From NCBI RefSeq assembly GCF_006345805.1, contig NC_043000.1, positions 82,646,001 through 82,710,000 of the forward strand: a stretch of 64,000 nucleotides of DNA. The letters run 5' to 3'. The notes beneath the pieces are model-generated. The model was given only the letters and a program-made list of their open reading frames with translations. It searched no databases and was not told the DNA's origin. The stretch is from Octopus sinensis (Eukaryota). Numbering within the stretch: position 1 is the first letter of the stretch; the number at the start of each line of letters is the position of its first letter. Position numbers and translations under genes: made by a program. This document shows, piece by piece, positions 1 through 14,565 of this stretch.

Positions 1-733
1 GGTACAACATTAAAACTGATAATAGATGGTATAAACATGTCCCAAACAAGGTACGAGACAACAACCAGGCCACAATCATCTGGGATATGACGGTTCAAAC
101 CGACAAAAAAATATAAACTAATCTCTCAAGGATTGATTTGATTATTATGATAGACATTACCGTCCCTTCTGATCAAAGTATTGTCAAAAAAGAAGTGGAG
201 AAATTGTCAAAGTACAAAGACCTCGAAATTGATGCAGAAGGTGAAAACAAGACCAATAATAATTGGAGCATTGGGTATGATAAAAACATATTAACAAAAA
301 CATAAAAGCTATACCTGGACTCTCAACACTACACACTATCCAAAAAGCAGCCCTCCTACGAACAGCCCACACCCTACGCAAGACTCAATCAATTCAATAA
401 TACAACCTAAACAAAACAACCAACAAACACAAGACACATTCTATACAGCATTTATCCAATGAAATAAACTTTCACCAGCAACCTAGCTAACCAATGCATT
501 ACACACTCAACACACAATAAAAGTAGTAATACAACAAAAGACTGCACGTCACCTTAAAAGAGATAAAAACTGACACAATACAAAATAGGGAAGACTTTGC
601 ACACTCCCAACAACAGAAAAGAACACACAATGCTGTACACACTCCAGCAACACGGAGGTGTCGCAGGTAATGCAGTAGAAATTTGCCCCAAACTATCAAA
701 TGTTGAACAATAAAGATAATAATAATAATAAAG

Positions 734-816
<83 letters not shown>
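1..816 (+). mobile_element. 3' end of a Dong/R4-like non-LTR retrotransposon (REL endonuclease remnant, 3' UTR, (TAA)n tail 711-816)
   Basis: Manual translation gives WYKHVP..ATIIWDMTVQTDK..IIMIDITVPSDQSIVKKEVEKLSKYKDLEI..QKAALLRTAHTLRK, the typical REL C-terminus, with stops and frameshifts; followed by a ~300 bp UTR and a (TAA)n run. Confidence 0.75.
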
Positions 817-3800
817 TGGAGTCTCCCTATGTCCTGATTAATGATACATCTAGTGATGGTGTCACAATATAAACACTGGTAATTGCGCAACCTGATAATC
901 GCTACCTCATATGAGTCACAATGAATAAACAAAATGTTGTGAATAACGGGGGTAATGAAACTGGAGCCATTGATGGTGACAGTGTTGCACCCGGCAGGCT
1001 CAGAGATTCTGGTCCGGCTTCAGCCTGTTCATATCCAGAAAGGGACCACAACATACGACGTAGATGGAGCAAGCAAATTAATGCTGTGGTCATGGAGTAT
1101 TACTACCTGAGCAACCCGGTAGATGAAAACGGTGCCCAAATTAGGGGTTACCGATAACGTATGTATGATCATTGGAGGGAAAAGGGATTGTTTCAACTCA
1201 CGGAAACGAGATTATGTGATCAAGCTAGAGTAATAAGAAAAATCGTTGGTTCACAGAAGCAGAGCTCGAAGCTATCAAAAGACGGGACTTGGGAAATAGC
1301 AGTAGAGATAACGATGAAAATACAGTTCTTACTAATATGAGTAATCTCATAGCACAGGAAAGGAGCAGTGGTAATTTACTTGACGAGAGGCATATAGATG
1401 ATCTAAAAGAAGACAATAAAACTAATGGTGACATGACAGATGAACAAAAGGCAATCTACGACAGAATAAAGGCAAGACTACAGGAGAAAGATAGCGACAT
1501 TATTTGCAACCTTAAAAAGGTTGACCGGTGAAAGTTGAACCAAGAAACGAAAAATGTCAATGATATTCTGAAATACATCAGAACAAACATCACAGAAACA
1601 AATAATTTGATCAAGGCAGCAAGTATTGTTGTAGCAGAAAATGTGGGGGTTGATGTCAAGAAAAAGAAACATAATGGGAGTGACAAAAGAAAAGATCCGT
1701 GGTGGAAAAAAGGAATCCAGGCAGGGTTAGATATGCCCTCGAAAGAAATTTCTGTATTAGAGCGAAAAGAGAAAGGGGGGCTTAAAAGCGAACAAAAATA
1801 CAGGGCGCTGAAAAGGAAGAATAATATTGAAAGAAAGGACAGGAAAATGTTAATGGAAGAACTGAAACAACGCCTCGTTGCAAAGACAGCAAAGATGGTA
1901 AGATACGACCAAAGAATGATGGGTTACCACCAGAATAGGATATTCAGAGGAGATCAGAAGTGATTTTATAAAGAAATACATGGAGAGTGTACAGATGAAA
2001 AGTTGATACCAGATAACAATGAAAGTTAAAGGTTTTGGAGTGACATCTGGAGCAAAGACAAGAAGCACAAGAAGGATGCTGAATAGTTGCTAGAACTAAA
2101 ACAAACAGTAGTCTGTCCAAAACAGGCAGAACTAGTCATTTCAGTTAGGGAAATGAAGGAAATTAGCAAAGAAATGAGCAACTGGAAAGCGCCGGGACCA
2201 GATGGAGTTCAAAGCTACTGGATCAAAAGATTTGGTGAATGTCATGAACGAATAGCTGCGCAACTCAATACCTTGTTAAATGCTGACCAAGTAACACCAG
2301 AGTGGTTGACATTGGGTAGGACATTGCTGTGGTTGAAAAACATTGAAAAAGACAATACGGTAGGCAATTACAGGCCGATATCCTTTTTGCGACTTATGTG
2401 GAAATTATTGACTGGAATACTCGCAGAGTCAATGTACGAACATCTGGAAAAAATGGAGTCCTGCCACATGAGCAGAAGGGTTGCAAGCGTAAGTGCAGAG
2501 GTACCAAAGATCAATTCCTGGTAGACAAAACTGTACTTAGAGATTGCAAGAGGAGGAAAAGTAATTTAGCCATGTCATGGATCGACTATTGTAAGGCATA
2601 TGATATAATCCCACACTCTTGGATAATGGAATGTATGAACCTATTTGATATTGCATTGAATGTTGAGCAATTGCTTGGAAAAGGTATGGCGAATTGGAGG
2701 ACGGGCGTGACAGCATACGGAAGAAGTTTTGGGACAGTAAGAGGGGTATCTTCCAAGAGGACTGCCTGTCCCTACTGATCTTTGTACTGTGCTTGATACC
2801 ACTAACACTGATTCTGAGGAATGCAAAAGCTGGGTATGCATTCAAAAGCCGCCAACAAAAAGTCAACCATTTGTTATTCATGGATAACCTCAAACTCTAT
2901 GGTCAGTTCCCTCGTTGATACGGTGTATACTTTCAGTGCCGATATCAGAATGGAGTTCGGACTGAGAAAGTGTGGTGTGTTAGTCTTGATGAGAGGCAAA
3001 ATCAAATGTATGGATGGGCTATCGATACTTCGGGGAGGTTATGAAGCAGATAGAAGAGGCAGGACTTTGGAAATGGATAAATTGATGGAGAAAGAAATGA
3101 CAAAAAATTTAAGGCGGAGTACTTGCGTAGATTGAGACTGATCCTTAAGTTGAAATTACACGGACGGAATAAGATTGAAGCTATCAACACCTGGGCGGTT
3201 TCACTCCTTAGATATGGAGCAGAGATAATCGCCTGGACAGTAAACAAACTAAACAGCTTAGACAGAACGATAAGGAAGATGCTAACTATATATGGGATAC
3301 TCCACCCAAAAAGTGACACAGACTATATGTATCAAGAAAAAGAGGGGGAAGAGGACTTATTGGATGCGAACACAGCATTAGAGCAGAAGAAAACAACATA
3401 GCATGGTATGTAAAAAATGCCACAGAACCGCTTGTGTAGGATGAAAGACTGCAAAGATAAAGCACTGTATAAGCAATTGAAAACGAATGAAACTGAAAAT
3501 AGATGGGTACAAAAAAGAATGCATGGACAATTTCATAGGGATGTTGAAAATAAGACAGACAGAGAAAAAAGATGGCTGTGGATGGCTAAAAGTGATTTAA
3601 AACCGGAAACGGAGGTTCTAATCTGTGCTGCCCAAGAGCAAGCACTAAGAACAAACTACATAAGATAGAGAGTAGACAACACAGAAAGTGATAAACGCAG
3701 AATTTGTGGACAAAATGGTGAAACCGTTTGGCTTATTACCAGCCAATGTACGCCACTAGCCCAGAATATAAGAGACGCCACGAAAATATAGCAAGGCTTG

Positions 3801-4346
3801 TCCATTGAACGCTTTGCAACAAGTATGGTCTTGGCAGAAAAAAAATTGGTACGACCACAAACCAGAAGTCATCAATGAAAATGATAATGCAAAGATCCTG
3901 TGGGATTTTATGATTCAGTGCGACCATGAGATAGAAAATAGGAAGCCAGACATAGTCTTAATTGAGAAAGAAAGTAAACTATGCTGGATCATAGATATAG
4001 CATGCCCAGCTGACAAGGTATGCGATAAGGAAGAAAAAAGTCGATAGGTATGGCAGGTTAACTTGGGAGGTAAAGAAGTTGTGGTCGATGAAAAAGGTGG
4101 TAGTGGTACCAATAATTGTCGGAGCCCTGGGAACAGTGAGTAAAAATCTCGAGAAGTACATGGAAAAAATAGGGGCTACAATATGGGTGAAGCACTTACA
4201 GAAAACAGCACTACATGAAACCGCTCAAATACTCCGGAAGGTGCTCGAAAAATAGCAGGAGTTACCTTAGTTCATTGGTAGTGAACAGCTGACACCGTAG
4301 TACATCTCCAGCTTTTGAAGCCGAGCAAAGGCAATAAAATAAGACG
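817..4346 (+). mobile_element. Near full-length, inactivated Dong/R4-clade non-LTR retrotransposon (N-terminal domain, RT, CCHC, REL endonuclease)
   Basis: Collinear ORF pieces 921-4250: RRRWSKQINAVVMEYYY (R4/Dong-type N-terminus), [74 protein letters not shown] (PD-(D/E)xK). Many stops and frameshifts. Starts immediately after (TAA)n. Confidence 0.9.
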
Positions 4347-4494
4347 AGAAGAAGAAGAAGAAGAAAAAGAAGAAGAAGAAGAAAGAAGAAGAAGAAGAAG
4401 AAGAAGAAGAAGAAGAAGAAGAAGAAGAAGAAGAAGAAGAAGAAGAAGAAGAAGAAGAAGAAGAAGAAGAAGAAGAATGAGGAGGAAGAGGAGA

Positions 4495-4522
<28 letters not shown>
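4347..4522 (+). repeat. (GAA)n array grading into GGA/CAA/CAG triplets
   Basis: Seen directly, just after the LINE 3' UTR. Confidence 0.95.
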
Positions 4523-4526
<4 letters not shown>

Positions 4527-4574
4527 TTTCCTACAATATTGCCTGAATTGGAACTCAGAACAAGGCTAAGAATT

Positions 4575-4860
4575 GCGGATGTGGATTAATCGAAAGACCT
4601 CGATCCTTGGTTGATACTTCATTTTGTTGACCTCGATAAAAGATAAAATTGAACTCGACAGGATATGAACTTAGAATGAAAAGGGCTGTAATAATACACC
4701 GCCAGTCTTTCACTCACAGAAAACATTCCACAAAAGCGCAAGACTTAGAAATATGAGAGTTGGAGTTTAGTCGATAAAATTAACCCCAGTACATTTGTTC
4801 ATCGACACTGCAAACATGACATCGATAGGATTTGAACCAAAAACACAAAGAGTCGAAACA
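4575..4860 (-). mobile_element. Degraded SINE fragments of the family seen at 55067-55297
   Basis: Reverse complement resembles gttcaaattccgccgaggtcgacttt..gtcgataaa..gtac..ctggggtcgat of the 55067 and 47213 copies. Confidence 0.4.
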
Positions 4861-5084
4861 AAGCTCGCATGGCATTTTGCCCGTTGCTCTAACAATTCCT
4901 AAAATGCATTGTTCCACAAAAGCGCGTATATATGTGCAAAAACATATAGATATATTTATGCATGCGTATATGTAATCTGTATGTGTGTATGTGTTTATGT
5001 ATATGTATATATGTGTGTATATATATATATGTATGCATGCATACATGTGTTTATACGTGCATACATGTGTAATGTACAAAAAGA

Positions 5085-5240
5085 CAACACAAGGTACGAG
5101 CTTTACACTCTAATAGAAAGTGGAATGGTCTTAACGTTTCGGATTTTAGTCCTTTATCAAAAGAAAGAGTACATACAGGAAGTGATAAAGAGAAATAGTC
5201 AACAAGGAGGGAAAATACATCTGAAGATTTAAAACCTGAT
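5085..5240 (-). mobile_element. Penelope-type terminal (pLTR) remnant
   Basis: Minus strand ttgataaaggactaaaatccgaaacgttaaga is a decayed CTGAnGA..CGAAACGTT terminal motif. Confidence 0.35.
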
Positions 5241-5451
5241 GGAAATACTGTTATGAGAGCAAGAAAGAGCAGGTATTAGATGCAAACATAAGCGTGTATC
5301 CAGATCCAAAATTGGGCGTAAGGAGAATTAGTGTGCGTGTTAATGTGGTGTGCGTGTATGTGTATGGAGTTGTACAAATGTGCGAGTGTTGACGTTGGTT
5401 AATAAGGTGTGAGATATTGATTTGTGTGTGTGAATGCGTGTCTGTGTGTAC

Positions 5452-5973
<522 letters not shown>

Positions 5974-6415
5974 TATACATACATATGTACAGAGAGAGAC
6001 ATACTCAGACATACATATGTACAGAGAGAGACATACTCAGAAACATGGCATCACATACAAAATCAGAATACAAAGATGACGGACAATGTAACGAACACAC
6101 AGACACAGACAGAAATGTCAGTGTGATGGAGGTGGATTGTGCTATGCAAAGAGAGGGATAGGGGAAGAGGTATATGGGTGACTAGAGTGAGGTAAAGGTC
6201 GGGGAGATGAAATGGAAAGAAAGGGGAGATGGGGAGAAGAGGAGGGGAGGAGAGAGAAGGAGAGGAGGGGAGAGGCAGCGGAGGAAAGCCCTGGAGCAAG
6301 CAGGAAATCGCATATTATGCACACACACATACACTCAAACATGCATATAGATAAATTTGTTAGTGTGTGCATACACACACAAAAAAATACACACATAACC
6401 ATATATATATAAAAC

Positions 6416-6446
<31 letters not shown>

Positions 6447-6570
6447 AAGTAGGTGAATGAATATCCTATGTTTATCGTCAGCATGGAAAATTCGTTTAAC
6501 CGAAACCTGGGTAGCAATATGTCGAGAGTAAAGGAATTTTGTTAACATCTTCGTTCGACTCCATTCTTTC

Positions 6571-6634
<64 letters not shown>

Positions 6635-6638
<4 letters not shown>

Positions 6639-6835
6639 GTGACCGCATGTGTACCGTTGGCGATTTTTTTTTCCTCTGTCTTCCCTTCTCTGGATCTTTC
6701 CTTCTCCTATGTTTCTGACGAAGAGCTCCGCTCGAAACGTTGAACCCTCCTTCTTTCCTGGGTCCAATAATACTATATTTGTTCCACGTCCTCGTGTTGT
6801 GTTTTTTGGTGCTTTCATGTTTGGATAAACTCTAC
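6635..6835 (+). mobile_element. Penelope-type terminal remnant containing a minimal hammerhead-like core (6711-6745)
   Basis: gtttCTGACGAagagctccgctcGAAACGTTgaac between TA arrays; the CTGAnGA..GAAAC core is characteristic of PLE termini. Confidence 0.5.
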
Positions 6836-6837
6836 AT

Positions 6838-6871
<34 letters not shown>

Positions 6872-7334
6872 ATATATATTATATATATATATAATATTAT
6901 ATATATATATACGCACAGGCTTCGTTGTGTGTTAAGAACTTTGCTTTCCAACTACAGAGGACCGGGTTCAGTACCGTTCCCATTGTCTTCTAGTGTAGCT
7001 TCGGGCATTGTGAATGGATTTGATTGACGAAAACTGAAAGAAGCTCATTGTGAGTGTGTGCGTGCGTGTGTGTTTGTGTGTGTGTATGTGTGTATATAGA
7101 TATGTGTGTGTGTGTGTGTGTGTCCGACTCCTCTTTTCAAGAGAGAAACACAAACACACACACAAACACACATACAAACACACACAAACAAACGCACACA
7201 CATATATATGCATATATATGTGTGTGTGCACTTATATACAGATGCATGTATTCATATGTATATACGTAAAATATACTGTTAGACAGACAGACAGATAGAC
7301 AAACAGACAGACAGACAGGTAGATAGATAGATAT

Positions 7335-7440
<106 letters not shown>

Positions 7441-7675
7441 TCGGTTGTTATTTATATCCTTTGGTGAACTTTGACAGAGCAAACATAATTTTTGAAGCCT
7501 TTCGTCCATGACCATTTCTTCCTATGTTTCAAGTAGTTAACTACATCACTGAATGTTTCAGATGTTAGTAGACGTGATTGAAAGTTGGCTTCTCTTTCTT
7601 GCATTTAAAATGATCCGTTGATTGATGATGCACGTGTCGTCTGCTGATCAACCGATGTCGTCTGCGGATAGGCGG

Positions 7676-7727
<52 letters not shown>

Positions 7728-7837
7728 GAGAGAGAGAGTCGGGGAGAGAAAAAGCGTGTCCGTGCGTGTGTGCATGTGTCCTTGAATATTATATGATATA
7801 TGCCTGTGTCTGCGTGCTTATGTATATAATAATATAT

Positions 7838-7874
<37 letters not shown>

Positions 7875-9439
7875 AGGAAGAGGTCAGAATGAGAAAGAGG
7901 TTGGGAGAGAGAGAGAAAGCGACAGTCAGTTAGACAGAGAGAATGTAGGTCTATGTGTCCCTATATGTTAATTCTAGTTATTTTCATTCTTCTCCCTATC
8001 TTCTCTTTTACGCTCTTACTATTCACAGACAGAAGCGCGTGCGCGCACACACACACACACACACACATACACACACACACGCACACATAACGCACGCGCA
8101 CACACTTATACGCACATATGTACACATACACATATTCACACACATAAACTCACACAAACCCATACACACAGATGGTCATACATACACATACAGATACAAA
8201 CATAGATACATACACAGAAACAAATACATAGGCTTACATACACATACATAACATACACATTCATTTACATACGTACACACACTCACGCACATACATACAT
8301 ACATACATACATACATACATACATACATACATACATACACTTACACACATATGCACACGATATTCATTCCACAACGTACGGACTAAAGAAAGAACCTCTA
8401 TATGGTCGACCGACTTGCTAGAAATAGCAACCAAAACAACTCTCAAACCGCACATCTTTTCTTTGATTTACTTGAGGATAATGGAAAATGAGTTCTGTCC
8501 AGACACCAACGGATATATCCGAAATAGATTTGAACTCACTATCTTGCAAGCCAGCCACCAAAGGAACTTTTACATGAACCCTTAGCTTGCTTGAAATATC
8601 AGTTAATCTCCTTCAAACCATCCGCTACCGTCTTTGAAGAAGAAGACATGTATAATCTACCTGTACATATAGAATATGTAAAAATGTTTCAGACGGCAAC
8701 TCCTCCTGATCAGGCCCATTCTAGGACAAGACAATAAAAAATCACTATCTTATGCTCTTCATTCAGACATGCGTTACGACCAACTGTTGTCCGAGGCTCC
8801 TGATCCAATAGGCTTTAGATGACCTAACGATTTTGCTAATTCAAAATATAAGGTAATAGAGAGGCTCCCATTAAATCTAGAAACACCAATCAATTTGAAG
8901 AGTCCTCAAAACTTAAAAGAGCTTCAATTAATTCAGAGGGACCCCCACTTAAATTCAATGGGTTTTTTAATCTAAAAGGACCCAGTAAACCAAAAGTGGA
9001 CTGAATAATTTTAAAAGAACCATATTGTAAAAATAGGCAGCGCTCCAGCATGGCGCAGTCAAATGACTGAAACAAGTAAAAGAATAAAAGAATAAGTAAA
9101 AAAAATTTACAAATTATGTATTTAATTGCTGTAAAATATATTTCTTAATTTTTAAATCCAGGTTTTAGTCTCCTCTGAGTTAAAGGGATCCCCTAAACAT
9201 TGAGATCTCATAACCCATTGTCCATATTGGCTCGTTCATAAATCTGGCCCTGGTTTCCACGATCTTTCTGTTGCCTAATATTCAAGACATTAACATAATA
9301 AATACACAATGTAATACGATAAATGAAAACATGAACATAAATACAGAATGTGATATAGTAGATTAAAAATTCAGTTTTGTTCTCATTCGTTCGCCAAGTC
9401 AGATTCCAAAACAACGTTACAACACAACCTTTAATTATA

Positions 9440-9652
9440 CAGGGTATCCACAAAAACACTCCCATCTGCGTTGCTGTGAGGTGGCGGCCATCTTGGATTT
9501 TCTTGTATTCACGCCAAAGATGGTAAATCACCTGAAAATAAACGATAATATTATTGTTGGAGTATCTGTGAATACTATATTAATCAATGTATCTGAATTA
9601 CTTTAGATATCAAAGTATCATTAAATCAGGGAGTGTTATTGTGGACACCCTG
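9440..9652. mobile_element. Tc1/mariner-type MITE
   Basis: 24 bp TIRs cagggtatccacaaaaacactccc (9440-9463) and gggagtgttattgtggacaccctg (9629-9652), 2 mismatches; TA duplication at 9438-9439 and 9653-9654. Confidence 0.85.
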
Positions 9653-9842
9653 TATATTAATTTAAAATACCAGTAATTTTCATTGCAATTATTTTGCTTT
9701 TATAAAAATTCGTGACCTTTGAAAATTCACGTCGTAACGAATCCGGAACAAAGGTGTGTTCTTTTCTGTTGTAAACTGCAAAAAAGGTGGTTTTGCTGTT
9801 TAAGGGCTAATGAAGGCTCACCATATGTCTGGTACACACTAG

Positions 9843-9892
<50 letters not shown>

Positions 9893-9972
9893 CCACACAC
9901 ACTCTCTCCCTCTCTCTCCCCCTTTGCTTCCCCAATCTTTCTCTCTCCCTCCACACACACACATATGCCTTG

Positions 9973-10050
<78 letters not shown>

Positions 10051-10053
10051 GCA

Positions 10054-10228
10054 TACGAGGAAATGCTGAAAAGTTCCTGGTTTTGGGTAAAAGAAAATAC
10101 AGGAGGATCGGTTAATTATGATTTTACTCAACATGTTCACCTCTCAGATTCACATACTTACTGCAGCGGTCTTTCGGTTTTTCTAAGCCCTGTTATAGAC
10201 CTTGGAACTTTTCAGCACCTCCACCCCG
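10054..10228. mobile_element. Short mariner-derived non-autonomous element
   Basis: Left TA-CGAGG..tgctgaaaagttcc and right ggaacttttcagca form an inverted repeat; the TACGAGG start resembles the mariner end at 32682. Confidence 0.6.
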
Positions 10229-10626
10229 CATTTCTATGTACATGGTTGTATGAATATATAATCTATGTATGTATACACACACACACACAAAATTATGGTT
10301 GTGTGTGTTTGCGTGCGTTGATACAAAGCGATAAAATGGTCCCTGATCAATGCTGCACACAACATGAAGCTAATCAGATTGATACAGTTTTCTGTCCACG
10401 GAGAGATAAATCTCTGCTGCAATAAACTAAGTTTATTTAGTTTACATGAAAGTAAGTTAGTGTTTAATTTTATAATTATATTAATTTTAAATATGCATGC
10501 ATACTACATCCATACATACACACGCACACACACATATATATGTATATGTATGTGTGCATATATGTATACATATATACACATATATATATGTATATGTATG
10601 TGTGTATATATGTATACATATACATA

Positions 10627-10687
<61 letters not shown>

Positions 10688-10826
10688 CTCGAACAATGCA
10701 TATATACATACACCTGCAAATGTGTATGTGTGTGTGTGTGTGTGTGTGGGTGGTGGTATATATAATATATATATATATATTATATATTATATATATATTA
10801 TATATTATATATATATATATATATAT

Positions 10827-11194
10827 CGTGGCACTCCGTCGGTTACGACGACGAAGGTTCCAGTTGATCCGATCAACGGAACAGCCTGCTTGTGAAATTA
10901 ACATGCAAGTGGCTGAGCACTCCACAGACACGTATACCCTTAATGTAGTTCTTGGGGAGATTCAGCGTGACTCAGAGTGTGATGAGGCAGGCCCTTTGCA
11001 ATAGAGGTACAACAGAAGCAGGAAGAAAGAATGAAAGAAAGTTGTGGCGAAAAAGTACAGCAGGATTCGTCACCACCTCGTGGAGCTTTAGGTGTTTTTG
11101 CTCAATAAACACTCAAGACGCCCGCTCTGGGAATTGAAACAGCGATCGTACGACCGCGAGTCCTCTGCCCTAACCACTGGGCCATTGCGCCTCC
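10827..11194 (-). mobile_element. tRNA-head SINE
   Basis: Minus strand starts ggaggcgcaatggcccagtggttaggg (A box) then gtttcaattccc (B-box-like); 3' end gtcgtcgtaaccgacggagtgc is shared with 55298-55530. Confidence 0.75.
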
Positions 11195-11222
11195 ACACAC
11201 ACAAACACACACACACAAAAAC

Positions 11223-11258
<36 letters not shown>

Positions 11259-11625
11259 ATGAATATATGTCTTTACATGTATATAGATACAGATTTGCAT
11301 GTATGTAATATATATATATATATTATATATATATATATATGTATATTATACATGTATATATATGTATATATGAGCGTATTCATCCCATATGTGCAAGTAA
11401 TTATGCATACTATTGTCTGCATGTGCAGTTGTTTATAATTATGCATGCATATATGAAAATGTGTGTGTGCAGCTTGTAAACATATATAAAGGATACACAC
11501 ACACAGACATACACACTTACACACGCATTTGTACATACACACACACGCACATACACATACACGTACGCACACACGCACATACACGCACGCGCACGCACTC
11601 AGACACACAGACAGACAGACAGACA

Positions 11626-11664
<39 letters not shown>

Positions 11665-12103
11665 ACTCACACGCACACACACGAATAGCTGCCAAACATT
11701 GGAGCCTGTGATTAGACAGAAATGGTACTATAGAGACAGATGAGGGATGAAGAATCTAGGTCAGGGGTATGTTAGGGTAGATGCGTAAATATGTAGGTAT
11801 GTAGTTGTGTGGGTAGATGTGTATGGAAGGTAGGCAGTGGGTAAATAGGTAGGTAGGTAGGTACGTGCGTAGGTAGGTAGGTGGGTGGATTATTAAGTAG
11901 GTCAACAGATAAGGGTAGGGTGGTTCGTGGAACTTTACACCCTCTTACATAAGCACCGCCTGTGTATGTATATATGTATGGATGCATGTGTGTATATATA
12001 TGTGTGTGGATGTGTGGGTGTATGTGTTTGTGTGTATGTGCGCGTGTGTGGGTGTGTGTATTTTTTCATTGTGTGCTTATGTATATCTTAATATATATAT
12101 ATA

Positions 12104-12208
12104 GATCTGACTGGCCTGGTGCAGCCTTCGGGCTTGCCAGACCCCAGTTGAACCGTCCAACCCATGCTAGCATGGAAAGCGGACGTTAAACGATGATGAT
12201 GATGATGA

Positions 12209-12210
<2 letters not shown>
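12104..12210 (+). mobile_element. 5'-truncated retroelement tail ending in (GAT)n
   Basis: tgaaccgtccaacccatgctagcatggaaagcggacgttaaac followed by (GAT)n, in the style of RTE or RTE-dependent SINE 3' ends; family not identifiable. Confidence 0.4.
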
Positions 12211-12245
<35 letters not shown>

Positions 12246-12534
12246 TATTCTTATAAGTGTATGAGTGTATGCGAGTGTGTGCAAATTTATATATATATAT
12301 ATAGTGTGTGTGTGAGTGTGTGTGTGTGTGTGTGTGTAACTGTACATACGCACGAGCACACAAATAATTTGGTAACTGTTTTTGTTTACAAACTAAAGGG
12401 CAGAGCACTCAGAACTCCTTATCAACACACACATACACACAGCCAAAACAAAGATGCGATCACACAATCATACCCGCACACACATACACACACACACGCA
12501 CAAACTCCCATACAGATAAACGCATACGCGTACA

Positions 12535-12680
12535 TAATGTATACATGCATATATGTAAGTATACTTATTCATATATATATAATTATATATATACATATAT
12601 ATATATAATATATTATATATATAAGTATACTTATTCATATATATATATATATATAATACATATATATTATATATATTATA

Positions 12681-12736
<56 letters not shown>

Positions 12737-12889
12737 TTATATATATATATATATATACATATATATGTATTATATATATATACTTATATATATAAGATAC
12801 TTATTCATTATATATATATATATATACAATATATATTATATATATATACATATATATTATATATATATAACATATATATATATATATTA

Positions 12890-12921
<32 letters not shown>

Positions 12922-12927
12922 TATATA

Positions 12928-12991
<64 letters not shown>

Positions 12992-13019
12992 ATATATACA
13001 TATATACATATATACATAT

Positions 13020-13088
<69 letters not shown>

Positions 13089-13155
13089 CATGTATTATAT
13101 ATATGTATATATGTGTGTGTGTGTGTATTATATATATATATATATATATATATAC
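12535..13155. repeat. ~600 bp interrupted (TA)n expansion
   Basis: Seen directly; includes three copies of taagt/gatacttattcat. Confidence 0.95.
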
Positions 13156-13712
13156 ATTTAGCAGGCAAACACGGGAGCCTATGTTTAGTTAGAAGTACTG
13201 CCGCAGTGAAAGAGACAGATGGGAGTTGAAGAATCTAGGTCAAAGAGGGTGGTCGGGGTAGGCATGTAGAGTGAGGTAAGGTACGTAGGTAGGTAGGCTG
13301 GTGGATGAGCTATTAACTAGGTTAGCAGATAAGGGCAGGGCGGGTCGCAAAACACCCTGTTACATAAGTACTGTTATTCTACTTTGCCATTTATGTGTTT
13401 ATGTGTATATGAGTGCATGTATGCGTATGTGTGTGTATACATATCTATAAATATATATATATATGCAAATATGTATGTACACACAAATATATAGCACACA
13501 CGCATTCACATATACACACACAAATGTACGCACGCATACACATACACTTACACATACACACAGACACGTACGCACGCACGCATAAATTAAACTACTTTTA
13601 CGAGCTAGGATGAAAATTAGCCAATAGAAGTCCAAGTTTTTGTGTGCGTGAGTGCTTGTGTGCGTGTGTGCGCGTGTGCGTGCGTGTGTGTGTGTGTATG
13701 TATTTGTATACT

Positions 13713-13748
<36 letters not shown>

Positions 13749-13751
13749 CAT

Positions 13752-13985
13752 TCTTTTATTGTTTTATTCTTTCACTTGTTTCAGTTATTTGAATGCGGCC
13801 ATGCTGGAGCATCGCCTTTAGTCGAACAAATCTTTCAGTTTCCGTCTACCAAATCCACTCACAAGCCTTGGGTCGACCCGAGGCTATAGTAGAAGACACA
13901 TACCCAAGGTGCTACACTGTGGAACTGGACCTGGAACCATGTGGTTGGGAAGCAAGTTTCTTACCACACAGCCGCTCTAGCGCCT
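13752..13985 (-). mobile_element. Internally deleted copy of the main tRNA-head SINE
   Basis: Head and tail match 38618-39015, but the middle is missing at gtcgaacaaatc|tttcagtttcc. Confidence 0.75.
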
Positions 13986-14010
13986 ATATACTTGCATAAA
14001 TATAACACTC

Positions 14011-14041
<31 letters not shown>

Positions 14042-14565
14042 CATACATACATACTACATACATACATACATACATGCGTATAAGGCGGCTGATGCATACA
14101 TACGTATACACTCTGACCTAAATAGATTCCATGTGTTCTATATATTCATACAGAAGTAAACAAACATCTAAATACAGTATCTTACGCATATATACACAAA
14201 CGTATAGGCAATCACACGAACAGTTTATATAAACATACGGACGTACGCATTCATATATACTCGTATACTTGTGTGTACGTGTGTGTATGTGTATACCCAC
14301 ATGCATACATATATATGTATATGTATATGTATGCATGTGTGTATACATATATATATATATATTATACCATTGTATATATGCATATACATATATGCATTTA
14401 TGCAGACGCACACACACAAACACACAAACACAGACGCTCACACCCTTACACCCTCACGCACTCAGTTACATTTACATATGCATATACGTACACTCACACG
14501 CACAGACACACACCTACATGTGTGTACATATATATGTATTTGTGTGTGTGTGTGTGTGTGTGTGT

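Noticed and set aside
817-920. HDV-like ribozyme at the Dong/R4 5' end
   Set aside because: I could not find compatible P1/P2/P3 pairings by eye; needs a structure search.
4315-4569. Poly-Glu/Arg and poly-Phe ORFs
   Set aside because: Translation of the (GAA)n array.
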